This document shows positions 10,299-23,098 of a DNA stretch of 64,000 bases, one piece after another; within the stretch, counting starts at the first letter, position 1, and every line of letters starts with the position of its first letter. The DNA lies in the IMG/VR virus record IMGVR_UViG_3300011242_000003, positions 64,001-128,000 of that record. The stretch is one strand, 5' to 3'. Source of the DNA: a virus. Its lineage: Duplodnaviria; Caudoviricetes. The translations under genes were made by a program, and so were the position numbers. The notes beneath the pieces are model-generated. The model was not told the origin of the DNA and searched no databases. It worked only from the letters and a program-made list of their open reading frames with translations.

Positions 10299-12029
10299 TT
10301 GATAACATTGAAAAGAGAATCAAACAAGAAAATAATAATAAGTTTTATAGTTGCAATTATATTTATTATTATTTCATTTGCAATAATTAAAATGAACAAA
10401 CAAGATATTCCGTCTATGAATTATTTAGAGTTTTTAAACAAAGCAAATAACAAACAAATCGAGCAGGTGAAAATTAATTTAGATAAGGACGTATTCAAAA
10501 CTAAAGATACTAACGGCAATGAATATCTCGTTAATAATCCCAAATATGATGATTTTAAAAAAGATTTATTGTCTATGAATATTAATGTCAAAGAAATAAA
10601 AGGGTTTGATAAAGATACGTTTATTGATATATCAATAATTGCACTTTTACTTATTGTAATATCATCAAGTGGTGCATTTAAGCAAATAAAATCTATCGAT
10701 AGAGATATAACCAATAATAAAGTTCCTAAAGATATAAGTTTTAAAAATGTAGCAGGATTAACAGCCATAAAAAAAGATATGGATACAATAGTTGATTTTA
10801 TGAAAAACCCACAAAGATATGTTGAAAAAGGTGCAGAAATGCCGAGAGGGGCGATATTATATGGTGAACCAGGAACAGGTAAAACACTTCTTGCTAAGGC
10901 AATAGCAGGTGAAGCAGAAGTTCCATTTTTGAGTGTTTCGGGGTCGGAATTTGTTGAATTATTTGTTGGGCAAGGAGCAAAGAGAGTTAGAAAACTATTT
11001 CATGACGCTAAGGTCAAAGCCCCTTGTATCATATTTATAGATGAAATTGATGCTATAGGTAAGACAAGAGGTAAAGGAGGTACTGCGGGTAATAATGAAT
11101 TGGAACAAACGCTTAATCAATTATTAATTGAGATAGATGGGTTTAATAGTTCGTCAGGTATATTTGTTATAGGTGCAACTAATAGACTAGATACCTTAGA
11201 TAGTGCATTACTTAGACAGGGGAGATTTGACAAACATATTTGTGTACCCTTGCCTTCAACTCCTGAAGAAAGATTAGAAATAATAAAAATGTATTCTAAT
11301 AATAAACTATTTGCCGAAAATGTTGATTTTAATAGTATGGCTAAACAAACCATTGGTTTTAGTCCTGCCGATATAAAATCATTATTAAATGAAGCCACAC
11401 TTATTTCGGTACAACTAAACAAACAACTTGTTGATAGGGAATGTATAGATAAAGCCATATTTAAGAAAGCATTAAAAGGTCACGAAGGAGAAATAAATAA
11501 CAGGGGAAAAGACGAATTAAAACTTATTGCATATCATGAAGCAGGTCATGCAATAACTGCCAGAATATTAGGTATGGATGTTCCTAAGGTTACAATAATA
11601 CCTTCTACAAGTGGTGCGGGAGGAGTTACATTTATAACTCCTAACAAAATTAATTTATTATCAAAAGAAGAAATTGAGAATAATATTATGGTGAAATATG
11701 GCGGTAGAAATGCCGAAAGAATATTATTGAATAATGATAATAAAGTTACGACTGGTGCTGAAGCAGATATAGAATCATCAACTAAACTAATTATGTCAAT
11801 GATAACACAATATGCAATGATTTCAGATTTTGGTATGTTGAATATGTCAGTGATTAAATGTGATAACGATATGATTATAAATAAAGCAATAGAAATATCT
11901 AATGAATTAAATAAAAAATCGTATCAAATATTAATAAACAATATAGACAAATTGGAACAAGTGGCAAATGCACTTATAGAAAAAGAAACAATATCAGGTG
12001 AAGAATTGGATAGAATTATTAAGATTTAG
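10299..12029 (+). CDS. ftsH: ATP-dependent zinc metalloprotease FtsH
   Basis: Two N-terminal TM segments, Walker A GEPGTGKT, pore loop FVG, Walker [21 protein letters not shown], zinc site HEAGH, TTGA..D. Confidence 0.95.
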   Translation: MITLKRESNKKIIISFIVAIIFIIISFAIIKMNKQDIPSMNYLEFLNKANNKQIEQVKINLDKDVFKTKDTNGNEYLVNNPKYDDFKKDLLSMNINVKEIKGFDKDTFIDISIIALLLIVISSSGAFKQIKSIDRDITNNKVPKDISFKNVAGLTAIKKDMDTIVDFMKNPQRYVEKGAEMPRGAILYGEPGTGKTLLAKAIAGEAEVPFLSVSGSEFVELFVGQGAKRVRKLFHDAKVKAPCIIFIDEIDAIGKTRGKGGTAGNNELEQTLNQLLIEIDGFNSSSGIFVIGATNRLDTLDSALLRQGRFDKHICVPLPSTPEERLEIIKMYSNNKLFAENVDFNSMAKQTIGFSPADIKSLLNEATLISVQLNKQLVDRECIDKAIFKKALKGHEGEINNRGKDELKLIAYHEAGHAITARILGMDVPKVTIIPSTSGAGGVTFITPNKINLLSKEEIENNIMVKYGGRNAERILLNNDNKVTTGAEADIESSTKLIMSMITQYAMISDFGMLNMSVIKCDNDMIINKAIEISNELNKKSYQILINNIDKLEQVANALIEKETISGEELDRIIKI

Positions 12030-12075
12030 AATTTAGTGTATGGTTGTGGGTAACCCTTAACCCTCTTAAAATGAG

Positions 12076-15000
12076 GTGATATTTATGAAATTTAATACTA
12101 TTGAGGAATTAATGGATTGCCAGAAAAACGAATTGACTAATATTATGAGAGAAACGATAGATGTTGAATTAAGCGAAATATATAAAAGGAATCCTATTAA
12201 AGTATTGAAAGAAATATACGGTGTTGTAGAAGAGAATGAGGATATTAGAAGATTTTAAAGGAAGTGATTGAATGACTAATTATGAAACATTTCAATTGGC
12301 AGAAGATATTAAGAACCTTGATATGTGTTACGTTGGAAAAGATAATAAATTGCATAAAATAAAAAGTGCATATGAATTAAACCATGATTTGGTTATTGTT
12401 AACAATATGGTCACAAGTGAAGAATATATTTCTAATAATAACCAAGATAATATCATTTTAAGCAAGGATTCACTAGTAAGTGGATTTAAAGTTACAATTA
12501 TTCCAAAACAAAAGTTATTATAAAAGAATTATTTTAAGTGGTAATTTGTAGATAAGGTGAATTTGAAATAAGGAGGATTTTTTATGGAATATTATTTTGA
12601 GCATCCTGTTATTACAGGTATTGTGCCAGTAGATAATAAGGAGTTAATAGAACAACTTAATAATATGGAACTAAAAGTGGGACTGGAAATAAAATTTAAA
12701 AACACACCACCTGTTTATATTAAATCAATAGAAGACGGTATGGTCATTTTAAGCAAAGACAAAGGTGAACTATCAGCTTGTTGTAATTCCCCAGTAAAGA
12801 GAAGTCCTAAGTTAGCAGGGTATAAACCCTATTGCATAAGATGTAATAAGGAATGCGAAATTAAGAGTAGTTAGGTTCACAATACAAGGACAAAGCGAAC
12901 TAAACAGGAGGTGGAACAATGAATAAGTTTCCAATACTCAATTCTGAACCGAAAGAATATATTCCGTTAGATGTAGCAAAATCACATGAAAAACAAGCAA
13001 TTATTAATCATGGTCAAACATTGGAACGATTAGCGGAGCGTGGCGGTCTTGATTGGGTTGAAATGTTATTTGTCTTAGAAGATAAAAATTATGATTTTCA
13101 TACTAAATTAACTGAAATGTCTGCAAGAACTAAAGTATTAGAAATGGTTAGAAAAAGTAGTACGTAATTCAAGTATATTATAGTATAAAGACACATTAAA
13201 TCATTAATTATAAGATAATAGAGGAGGAGAATGTATTATGGAGAATAATAAAAATTTTTTCACATTAGGAGCAGATGCAAAGAAAAGATTGGATGATAAA
13301 AATATAAATCACACTAACATATGTCTTACAGAGGATGAGGTTAATGAGTTAAAAACACAACGAGAAAAAGTGGATGTTTTATACAAGAAAATTCATAAGA
13401 AACAACTTATTTCAGAAAAAGATATTGTTGATTTGAATACTAAAGATATGGTGCTTTTATTAAATATGTTAGGGCAGGATATTAAAAAATTATACAATAA
13501 AGTTGTACTAGATAATAAACCAGAAGAAAACATTATTGGTGTGGATATCCTATAGTTAATGTTCACTATTAACACATTAAAACAATAATTCTATAACAAA
13601 AGGAGAAGAATATGAGCAATTTTAAACTAGAATTAGCTAATGAATTTGAAGAAGAGTCAAGTAAAAAGAAATTTATAGAAATGATGAAAGATAAAACTTC
13701 TAAAACACAATTTTTTAATTTTTTAAAATCAAGACAATACCAAAATCTAATAAAAGACATTGACTCAGACCAACTAGTAGAAGATTTTACAAAGGCAATG
13801 GATGAAGGTTTTACGCTAGATGAAATAATGAAACAATATGAAGAATATCAAGCAACTGAGATGACTTCTGAACAAGTGGAAGAACGTAGAGCCGAAATTC
13901 TAAGGAGTGGGAAAAAATTATTACAATGAGAATGTTAGAAGTGCTATTGATTAAATTAAATGGTAGAAATGTTATTGAAACATAAGAGAGGAAGAATAGA
14001 TGATGTATGAGAATATAAAAGAAAGAATAAAATCAATGAGTGTTAATGAATTAAATCATTTTAGAGTACTTAATACATTATACAAAATAGAATTTAAATT
14101 ATTTGAAATAGGTAATATTGAATTTTTAGCTGTTAGTGGTGGTGGAGTTGGTTTATTAACATTTTCTAAATGTCAGGTAGACAATGATATTGATTATGTA
14201 ATAGATGAAATTAATAAAAGTGCTTTTAAGGGACTTGATTTAAATATAGAAGATAGTTTATGGCTTGATTAAATTAATCATTTTATAGGTATAAATTGGA
14301 GATGAATTTATGAAATCTGAAAAAGAGATAAGAGAAGAAATTGAAGCAACAAAAAGAACGATGAGTAATTATAGAAAAGCATTTAAGGAAGGTAAAATTA
14401 CAAAAGATATTTTAAAAAGCAATATACTTGATTGTAATGCAACTGTTGACGCATTGCGATGGGTTCTGGGTGAAAACGATAGATATGATTAATTTTAAAT
14501 TCAAATAAATTTATAGAAAAAGAGAATTAATGACGAGGTGAAATAATGAATAAATTTACTGATAAACAAATAGAAAATTTTACAAAAGAACTAGTAGAGG
14601 TAAACGTAAATATATGGTCGGCATTATGTTCTTGTGAGGATTTAATGTCCAATGATATTATAAAATATTTAAAAACTAACGAAGATGAAAGTTTACTTAA
14701 AATAATAGCACAAAAATTTGATAAACTATCCGTCAACAGTGATACTGAATTTGCAGAGCCTGAGTTAAACGATGGTATGTTGGCTGATTTTGAACAATTG
14801 GGCAAAGATATTAATAGATATAGAGAGGGTGATATTTAATATGAAATCTATGCCAAAAGAGATAAAACAAAAACTTAGAAGAATAAGCAAACTTAATAAA
14901 GAGGTGAGCGATTTATCGAGCGAAGTGTATGATATTTTAGAAGGATATGGTATAAATATGGATGACTTTGATGATTACACTGAGAATGAGAATTTCGTTG

Positions 15001-15266
15001 CAGTTATAAATGGTGGAGAAGATAATATTGAAGATTATATCAAAGAGATTGAAAAAGCATTTTTGAAGGTTTTAAATAAAAATAATATCATTAAGGAAAA
15101 GGGTAGATACATTCCATGCTGTTATAATTGTAAAAATAATGATTTTCCAAGTAATTTTAATCGCAAAGGCTATGATGTTGATGGGTATAGATTTATTTGT
15201 AAAAATTGTGGAGAAGTACTACGGTTAACCAATGAAGAGTATAATGAATTAGGTATCAAAGAATGA
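12076..15266 (+). other. Cluster of small hypothetical ORFs (12076-12258, 12272-12523, 12584-12874, 12919-13167, 13238-13555, 13612-13929, 14000-14272, 14310-14492, 14546-14839, ~14841-15266)
   Basis: Each has its own RBS; separated by A- and C-family sites. Confidence 0.7.
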
Positions 15267-15385
15267 CAATAAATTGAAGGTTTTAACTGTAAAATTATAG
15301 GAATAATTTTCAATATGTTTTAAATCATAATCATTTGGTGTATAATATATTAATGATTATATAAAAACAAGGACGGTGCTTACAA

Positions 15386-17305
15386 TTGAAAGATATATGT
15401 AAGGCAGATGGGTGTGTAGGGGAAGTTGAGAAAAATGGTTATTGCAATAAACATATTCAACAAATTAAAAAACATGGTAGATTAACTCCAGAACTCGAAA
15501 GAGGAAAAATAAGTACCCTTAATAAGTGTTTAGTAGAAGGCTGTGATAAAAATGTATACGCAAAGGGGTATTGTCAAAGGCATTATCTACAAATAAAAAA
15601 ATATGGGAAGATAGTTTCTGTTGCCAACCGATATAATAAAAACAAAAATAAAATCTGTAAAGTTGAAGGATGTAATAATGACTCTTTTGCAAAAGGATAT
15701 TGTCAAAAGCATTATGGTCAATTGAGATATAGTAAGAGAATTAAAGATGGAAGAGTGTTGGAAAGCAAAGACAAACCCATGCCAAAAAGTAAGGTTAATA
15801 CATGTTTGGTTAAAAATTGCAATAATGAGATTTATGCAAAAGGATATTGCCAGAAACACTATTTCCAATTGTATAATTATGGCAAGGTTATGGGGGAAAA
15901 GGGAGAAGTCGAGCCGAAAACTTGTATCGTTAAAAACTGTAAAGAAATAGTTTTCAAGGAAGGGTATTGTAAAAGTCATTATGAAAAGTTTCAATCTTAT
16001 AATGATTTTGGTGAAGAAGGTAGCAACAAATGTAGAGTAAAGGGATGTGATAGAGAGCAACACTCGAAAGGATTCTGTAGTTTTCATTACGCTCATTTTA
16101 AGCAATTTGGTGAAATATTATATGTAACCCCACAAAGAAAAAAGGGAGTCTCAAAGAATGAACACTATAAAAAATATTGGTTAGGTGAGAATAAATTGGA
16201 TAAGAATAGTCAAACTGAACAGAAACTAAAGAATGACAAAAATATTGAAATACAAGAACCATCTTTAACTAAAAATAATGATAAAAAGATATGTTTAGTA
16301 GAAGGTTATAATGATACAGCAAAATCAAAAGGCTATTGTGACAAGTATGAATATAAAGATGATTTGGCTAAAAATAAAAACATGGATAATACAGAAATAA
16401 AAAAACAAGATGTCAAAGATGTAAATATGGAATCCAAGGAGGCTTATAGAAAATGCTCAGTAGAGGGGTGCAATGGAAAACATAAAGCTAAAGGTTATTG
16501 CATATATCATTACAACCAGTTTAAAAGACATGGGAAAATATTAGACAACACAAAGGAATCATTTAATAAGGAAATTAAATATTGTCCTGTAGAAGGCTGT
16601 ACTAATACTGTCACGACAAAAGGATATTGCCAGAAACATTACTACAAGTTTAAGACTTATGGAAATCCACTGCAAGAAAATAAATCACAAAGGGGTAGAA
16701 AATGTTCAATAGAAGGTTGTAATGAAAAACATAAAGCCAAGGGATATTGTGACAAACATTATCATCAATATAAATCACGCTTGTTAAAAGCTAGTCGTGA
16801 ACCTAAAGTCAAAGTAGAAAAACCTAAAGTTAAAGTAGAAAAACCTAAAGTTAAAGTAGAAAAACCTAAATATTGTAAAGTTCAAGATTGTAATAATGTT
16901 TTATTTATTAGAGGGTATTGTATGAAACACTATAAACAAATAATGAAATATAAAAGGATTTTGAGTGAAGAAGAAGTTTTAAAAATAAAACATCTAAAAT
17001 GTATGAAGGACGGATGTTTTAATAAGGTATTCCACTTGGGTTACTGTGAAGAACATTATAATGAATACTATTGTGGAGATGATAATAAAATGAATATAAA
17101 TGATAATGCAGACAATAATCATGATGATAATCACGCAGAGGCTATAGGGAACAATAATATTATCTGTAATAAATGTAGAAAATTAATTGATGATGAACAA
17201 GTTTCCACTGTTAATTTTAAGCCATTCAATACAGATAATATAGAATTAAAATTATGCAATAAATGTTCCAATAGCTTAATAAAATGGATGCTAAGAGTAG
17301 ATTAA
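15386..17305 (+). CDS. Multi-Zn-finger repeat protein (11 intact + 1 degenerate C-x4-C-x9-C-x2-H repeats)
   Basis: Repeats such as CLVEGCDKNVYAKGYCQRHY; C-terminal CxxC...CxxC. Confidence 0.85.
   Translation: MKDICKADGCVGEVEKNGYCNKHIQQIKKHGRLTPELERGKISTLNKCLVEGCDKNVYAKGYCQRHYLQIKKYGKIVSVANRYNKNKNKICKVEGCNNDSFAKGYCQKHYGQLRYSKRIKDGRVLESKDKPMPKSKVNTCLVKNCNNEIYAKGYCQKHYFQLYNYGKVMGEKGEVEPKTCIVKNCKEIVFKEGYCKSHYEKFQSYNDFGEEGSNKCRVKGCDREQHSKGFCSFHYAHFKQFGEILYVTPQRKKGVSKNEHYKKYWLGENKLDKNSQTEQKLKNDKNIEIQEPSLTKNNDKKICLVEGYNDTAKSKGYCDKYEYKDDLAKNKNMDNTEIKKQDVKDVNMESKEAYRKCSVEGCNGKHKAKGYCIYHYNQFKRHGKILDNTKESFNKEIKYCPVEGCTNTVTTKGYCQKHYYKFKTYGNPLQENKSQRGRKCSIEGCNEKHKAKGYCDKHYHQYKSRLLKASREPKVKVEKPKVKVEKPKVKVEKPKYCKVQDCNNVLFIRGYCMKHYKQIMKYKRILSEEEVLKIKHLKCMKDGCFNKVFHLGYCEEHYNEYYCGDDNKMNINDNADNNHDDNHAEAIGNNNIICNKCRKLIDDEQVSTVNFKPFNTDNIELKLCNKCSNSLIKWMLRVD
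16800..16870 (+). repeat. 21-bp in-frame tandem repeat (about 3.3 copies) encoding PKVKVEK
   Basis: AACCTAAAGTYAAAGTAGAAA repeated three times plus a partial copy. Confidence 0.9.
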
Positions 17306-17333
17306 ATAAGGAGTTAATGACTATTGGATAGAG

Positions 17334-18821
17334 GTGATAATTTTGAAACAAACGATGAAAATAAAAGAAAAATCTTATGATAATAGAGAGAATAATATGG
17401 ATGATTTTTTAAAAAAGAAAAAACTTCTTCAGGAACAATTTATAAAAAATACAACGAAATCATCACAGAAAATTTTACAAGTTGAAAATGAGATTAGTTC
17501 TGATAATTTACAGATTGAGACATATAAGCAAGAATTAATTAATATTAAAAAAGAGAATTTAAAATTAAAAAAAGAAAACAAGTTTAAAGATAAAAAAGTT
17601 GAAGATAAAAACAGGGAAGTTTATAAATATAAAATAAAAATGGCAAACTTAAATGAAAAAATTAAAAGTTTAGAAAGTGAAAATAAATCCATATTAGAAA
17701 CAAACTCTGAGTTATTAACTAAAAATGAAAAGATAAGAGATGAGCAGAGTTATTACAATAATAAGATATTGGAATTAAATAATCTTGTAAAAACATTAGG
17801 GGAATCAAATTTATTAGAAGAAAATAATAATTTAAAAACATCGTTGCAGGAATTAAAATTGAAAAATAACACCTATATTGAAACAATAGATAGTTTTAGA
17901 GTGGGTATAGAACGTAAGAATAATATTATTAAAAAGTTGAATGATTCAGACAATAAAGAAATTATAAAAACATTAAGGGAAAAGATAAAAAATCAAAAGC
18001 ATGTTATTGTAACATTAGAGGAGAGATTAAAAACTCTTCAGAGCCAATCATTAAAAGATAGTCTTGTTAAAAGATTTATTGTATTTTTTGATAAACTAAA
18101 AGATAGTTTTAAAAAATCAGTAAAGAAAGATAATGTTGACGATATTAAGCCAACTAATAAAATTGACATAGATACAAAAGAACCTGTTATAAAAGAATAT
18201 CAATATGGGATACTTGAAAAATATGCAAATAGATATATATTTAAAAATGTAAATGGAAAAGAATATTTGATATTAAAGAATAATGATAGTATAGTTAAAT
18301 CCATGAAAAAGAATTTAGGAAATCCATGTATGGCAAGTATAACAACAAAAGATGAAGCAATAATTGAAAGAATATATAATAAACAAAATAAGTATATTGA
18401 TGAAATGGTTGGTGATAGATTAGTTAAAGGTAAATCTGTTATGAATAAAATTAGAGATGATGAAGAGAAAGAGCAATTTGTTATATCAACAGAAAAAGAA
18501 TATAAAATATTGATAATAGGCTCTCTTTATAAAAACAAATATGTAAAGGCTTTATCAGATGTTGGCATTGAAAATATAGTATGGTTTGATTCATATGAAA
18601 ATGGAATTCCACGATTAAAAGAATTACTTAAGAGCAGTGATATTGTGCTGTGTTGCACTTCTCATTCAAGACATGGAACTAGTGAGCTTTTAAAAACTTT
18701 AAAATTGGAAGACAAGAATAATCCATTTAAATATAATATTGTAAAAGATGATAATGTAGATAATATTATATCAAGAGTTAGGTTCGTTATTAGTAGTTTA
18801 GATAGCAATTATAATTATTGA
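17334..18821 (+). CDS. Long coiled-coil protein with C-terminal DUF2325-like domain
   Basis: Heptad-rich N-terminal ~250 aa; C-terminal KILIIG...SDIVLCCTSHSRH resembles DUF2325. Confidence 0.65.
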   Translation: MIILKQTMKIKEKSYDNRENNMDDFLKKKKLLQEQFIKNTTKSSQKILQVENEISSDNLQIETYKQELINIKKENLKLKKENKFKDKKVEDKNREVYKYKIKMANLNEKIKSLESENKSILETNSELLTKNEKIRDEQSYYNNKILELNNLVKTLGESNLLEENNNLKTSLQELKLKNNTYIETIDSFRVGIERKNNIIKKLNDSDNKEIIKTLREKIKNQKHVIVTLEERLKTLQSQSLKDSLVKRFIVFFDKLKDSFKKSVKKDNVDDIKPTNKIDIDTKEPVIKEYQYGILEKYANRYIFKNVNGKEYLILKNNDSIVKSMKKNLGNPCMASITTKDEAIIERIYNKQNKYIDEMVGDRLVKGKSVMNKIRDDEEKEQFVISTEKEYKILIIGSLYKNKYVKALSDVGIENIVWFDSYENGIPRLKELLKSSDIVLCCTSHSRHGTSELLKTLKLEDKNNPFKYNIVKDDNVDNIISRVRFVISSLDSNYNY

Positions 18822-18842
18822 TATGAGAAAGAGGTTTATAAA

Positions 18843-19106
18843 ATGGTAGTAGTAAATTGTGGAGTAGAACAATTAATGCAGATGATAGAAGAACAGGACG
18901 TAGAGGTTGTTATGATTAATTATTTATTATCTCCTGACGGAAAGATTTGTAATAATTATACGATAATGAATGTGGAGAAGGGTAGCAAAGTTTGGTTTGA
19001 AAATTGTTTAATTGTTTATAGGAAGATGGTAAAAGATGAAAAGGCTTACCCTATGTTTGGTACGATTGTTTATGATGAAGCTGAAATTAAAAGGATAAAT
19101 GGTTGA
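18843..19106 (+). CDS. Hypothetical protein
   Basis: GAGG RBS, 87 aa. Confidence 0.7.
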   Translation: MVVVNCGVEQLMQMIEEQDVEVVMINYLLSPDGKICNNYTIMNVEKGSKVWFENCLIVYRKMVKDEKAYPMFGTIVYDEAEIKRING

Positions 19107-19158
19107 GAATAAATTCGCAATTTTAAAAGGGAATACTTCTCTTTTAAATAAATCAATA

Positions 19159-19209
19159 GAATAAAATATTAAAAATAGTGTTGACAATATATAGAATCAG
19201 TGGTAATAT
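19159..19209 (+). promoter_or_regulatory. sigmaA promoter with motif B
   Basis: TTGACA(19181)-17 bp-TAATAT(19204) with TGn extended -10; preceded by hairpin 19122-19148. Confidence 0.85.
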
Positions 19210-19234
19210 TAATATTGTAAGGGAGATGATGAAA

Positions 19235-22029
19235 ATGAGTAGAATTAAAATCTCAATGAATCAAAGCAGTAGTGGATGGAATACACTTATGAAAAAATAC
19301 TATATAAGCTTTCAAGTAACAAAAGATAATGAAGAGTTTTATCATGTATTTTTAAATCATGGGAAATTTAATGAAGAAGATACTGTGTTTATCAGTCTTT
19401 TTAAGTTGGCAGATGAAGAATTCTTAATAGAAAACAATATTGATTATATAGTTGATAAAGACAATAATATAATACCAATTGGCATTATTGATTTTCAACA
19501 ACAGGATAAGAGATGTTGTGAAGATGTGTTTCGATGTATTGTTACAAGTAAAGATGAATTGTATAAATGTAATGAAATTATAGACAATATAGTTAAGGCA
19601 ATTAAGATAAAATATAAAAGTGAAAAATTCATAGATATGTTTAATACAAGCAAACATAATTCAATTAATTTAGTTAAAGAAATAGGCTTAGAGTAATAAC
19701 TAATTACACAAAAGATAAACCTCTTTTGAGGTAAGTTAAATCAATAAATAAATATGTACTAATATAAAGCATATAGAGGTGAAATGATGATATCAAAAAT
19801 AATATGGAAAATCATGAGACATTTTGAAGATAAGTTAACTGTATATATAATTCAAGACGAGTATAAAAATAACAGAATTTTTATTCCAAATAAAAAACAA
19901 AGTGAATGGAAAATATCTTATGTGGAAAAAACAAATTATGGAGTAGAGATATCTGGTAATATGTTATATGATGATTTTATATATAAAATTATACCTATGA
20001 AACCATATAATTTTTATAATACATACCCCGATAAAGAAAATAATTCAGTTTATAAACTATATGGGAAATTAAGAGAACAGTATAAACCAAATGCAAAAGA
20101 ATGTATTAATATGGTTTCAAATTTTCTATTTTTTATTATAGGTTTAATAATAGGAATTATTTTTTAATAATCAAATAAAACAAATATTTTAAAAGGATAA
20201 TATATTAAATTTAAGGAGAAAATATGGATTTAATCGTGGGAGAGTGAGATTATATGATTAAAGGATTGGGAACAGAACACTATTCAGTAAAACAAAATGA
20301 ATTAGCTAGTAATTTTGTAGACTTGCATTGGAAAGAAGATGACAGCTATAGCACTATACCTATTGAAGATTTAGATGAGATTGTAGAGCTAATTCAAAGT
20401 TATAAAAAATATGTATTAAAAGAAACTCCTAAATATCCATTCATGGAATGTACAAACAAATGGATGACTAAAAATGGAGAAGAATTAGAGTTAGCAAGTA
20501 TGACTAGAAAACACTTAAAAAATTGTAAATCAATGATAGAAAGTATCTGCCATGATGAAAAGTTAAATGCAACAGATTATATTATATATAATAATATAGT
20601 AGAGGAATTAAATATCAAAAATATGGAACGATTTAATAGATATTAGAGGTGAAAAGTAAATGGAATTTATAAGTGCAGAAGAATTTTTAAAACAGCCTGT
20701 AGAAGTCCGAGAAGTATTTATAGAGTGGTGGAAGCCGAGTGTGGGAGATTTATATTGTAATTTGTATAATGGTCAGCAGGACAATATTTTAGTTGTAAAT
20801 AATGTTCAGTTAGAATTATTTAAGACATTTTCAAATGATATTAAAAGATATGGAGTGATTTTATTCACAGAAGGTCAGCTTAGAAAGCTTATTGAGGATA
20901 AGACAGGATATCATTTAGAAATTTCAGCAGAAATTGGGACAGGACGTTATGTAGCTGATTTCTACAAAAATAATAAATCTAACAGATGCGGAAGAAAGAT
21001 GATTAAAACACTGGAAACGGATTTACTTCAAGCATATTGGGAAATAGCTTGTGAGATAGCAAAGGAGAGCATATAAAAAGTAAATTTTAAGCGAATTGGA
21101 AGTGATATTATGGAATTAAAATTAAGTTGTGTTTGTTGTGGAAACACAGAGTTTTCCACGGAAATGGGGATAATAACAACTAATTTAACCAATGATTGTT
21201 CACATACACATAATGTAAATATAGTAAAAGATAATAAAATTATATGTAGTAAATGTGGATTAGAAGACTATATTAAAAATTTAGAAATTAAAATTTGTTA
21301 TCAAGAGGAGTGTGAATAATGAGTAATTTAGTAAAAGGTGTAGAAATAAATATTGAAATAGGAACAGGTAAAATCGACGAAACCATAGCAGAAGAAATAA
21401 GAAAGAATCTTGTAAACGACATTAATGATTTAATTAAAGAATGTTACAATACATATAATAATGCGTGTTTAATTAGAAGCACGTTGACAACTAATGCATT
21501 GACTATAGGTGATTTTAAAGTAGGAGATACTGTAAAATTTGTTAAGGTAGTAGGGGTAGATTCAAAAGTATCGCTAGGAAGCGTAGGAAAAATTGTAGAA
21601 ATAAATAAAGGTTTAGAATATCCTATATATTGTGATATAGATGATGAACCTCATTATGGATTTAAACCTGAAGAGTTAGAGTTAGTTGATTAAAAGGAAG
21701 GTGTGATAAAGATGATTTTAAACTGTCAAGAATATATGAATTGGAAAAAAGAAAATACATATGACAATCTTATGGATTTAGTTGCTGATTACAAGAGAAA
21801 TTTTAATACACAAATTAAACTTATTACAGGACACAATGATGTAGGTTATAGTACAGCTTATAACACAGTGTCAATAAGATTTACAGATGAAACAGAATTA
21901 GAGTTAAATGTCCACGAATATATAAGTAAAGATAGAGGTGTTAAATATAGCATAAAAGTTGATTACAAAGGTAATAAAGAAGATTTTATATGTTTGGCAG
22001 AACTAATAGATAGTTATGTAGACTTATAA
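19235..22029 (+). other. Cluster of hypothetical ORFs (19235-19696, 19784-20167, 20254-20646, 20660-21076, 21110-21319, 21319-21693, 21703-22029)
   Basis: Packed ORFs with RBSs; first start moved to 19235 because the track start overlaps the promoter. Confidence 0.7.
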
Positions 22030-22081
22030 AAGTATGATTTTATAAGAATAAAATATTAAAAATATAAGAGAGGATAATTTA

Positions 22082-22978
22082 ATGAGAAATAATGAAGTTC
22101 AACTTTGGATAGCTTTAGATAAAAATAAGAATTATATATTTATCGAAAATGCAATTCAAGGTGAAGATTATTATTGTCCTTCATGCGGAGGTATTGTAAG
22201 AGCTAGGGCAATAAATTCTAATTTAGTCACAGAACATTTTTATCATATAAACAGATGTAATTGTAATGGTGGAGAATCTTCTTTGCATTTATATTGGAAA
22301 AATAATTTAATAAATATAGGAGAAGAAATATACCTACCAACAATTGGAAATATTACTTGTATTGACAAAAGAATAGAATTTACTTTTAACACTAAAGATG
22401 GAATATATAGACCTGATTTAATTATCAAAACAGATAATCCTAATAATAGATTTATTATATTTGAAATATATAATACTAACAAAAAGAATATTAGTGAATA
22501 TGAAGATATATGGAATGAACTGAAATATCCTGTTTTTGAAATCGATGTTAAGAATTTAAGAAAAAACAAAGATAACTTAAATGAGGAACTAACATTATTA
22601 TATGATAGAAACAAAGAATATTTTATAAAGAATTCTAAAATGATTATAGGACAGTTATACAATAAATTAACTGAAAGGATAGAGAACAAAAATATTGAAA
22701 TACCTAGGGATATTCAAAAAATGATAGATTTAGGATTTGTAAGTGAGATTGAAATTATTAATAAGATAAAGTCTTACCCATACAAACGTAAATACCCTTT
22801 TGATGAAGGTATATTGAACCAATATTCTTATATATTTGAAAATAACTTAAATGTAAAAATGAGTATTGATAACCTAAAAATGATGCTAACTAAACAATGG
22901 TGGAGCAAAAATACATATAAAGACATCGTAATACCACTATTAAATATACATAATGAATTAGAAATATACGTGCAATAA
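22082..22978 (+). CDS. CoiA-like PD-(D/E)xK nuclease with N-terminal Zn finger
   Basis: YYCPSCGG...HFYH...C...ES.LH; YRPD...IIFEIYNT catalytic pattern. Confidence 0.75.
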   Translation: MRNNEVQLWIALDKNKNYIFIENAIQGEDYYCPSCGGIVRARAINSNLVTEHFYHINRCNCNGGESSLHLYWKNNLINIGEEIYLPTIGNITCIDKRIEFTFNTKDGIYRPDLIIKTDNPNNRFIIFEIYNTNKKNISEYEDIWNELKYPVFEIDVKNLRKNKDNLNEELTLLYDRNKEYFIKNSKMIIGQLYNKLTERIENKNIEIPRDIQKMIDLGFVSEIEIINKIKSYPYKRKYPFDEGILNQYSYIFENNLNVKMSIDNLKMMLTKQWWSKNTYKDIVIPLLNIHNELEIYVQ

Positions 22979-23011
22979 AGTTGGGATTTTAATTTCTTAA
23001 TAATTTAAGTA

Positions 23012-23060
23012 AAATAATATATTAAAAAGTGTTTACAAAGTAAAACATATATGTTATTAT
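23012..23060 (+). promoter_or_regulatory. sigmaA promoter with motif B
   Basis: TTTACA(23032)-17 bp-TATTAT(23055), TGn extended -10. Confidence 0.8.
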
Positions 23061-23098
23061 AAAAGAGTAGTAAGAATACTACAGATTGGAAGTGAGAA

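Noticed and set aside
14495-14514. Extra A-like sites at ~14495, ~30104 and ~41008
   Set aside because: Spacer length or arms do not fit N8; likely chance in AT-rich DNA.
15318-15346. Promoter upstream of the Zn-finger gene
   Set aside because: TATAAT is present at 15341, but the -35 is poor (TTTTAA) and motif B is absent; not called.
19178-19234. Track start of ORF 19178
   Set aside because: It overlaps the TTGACA promoter; the ATG at 19235 has the GGGAG RBS.
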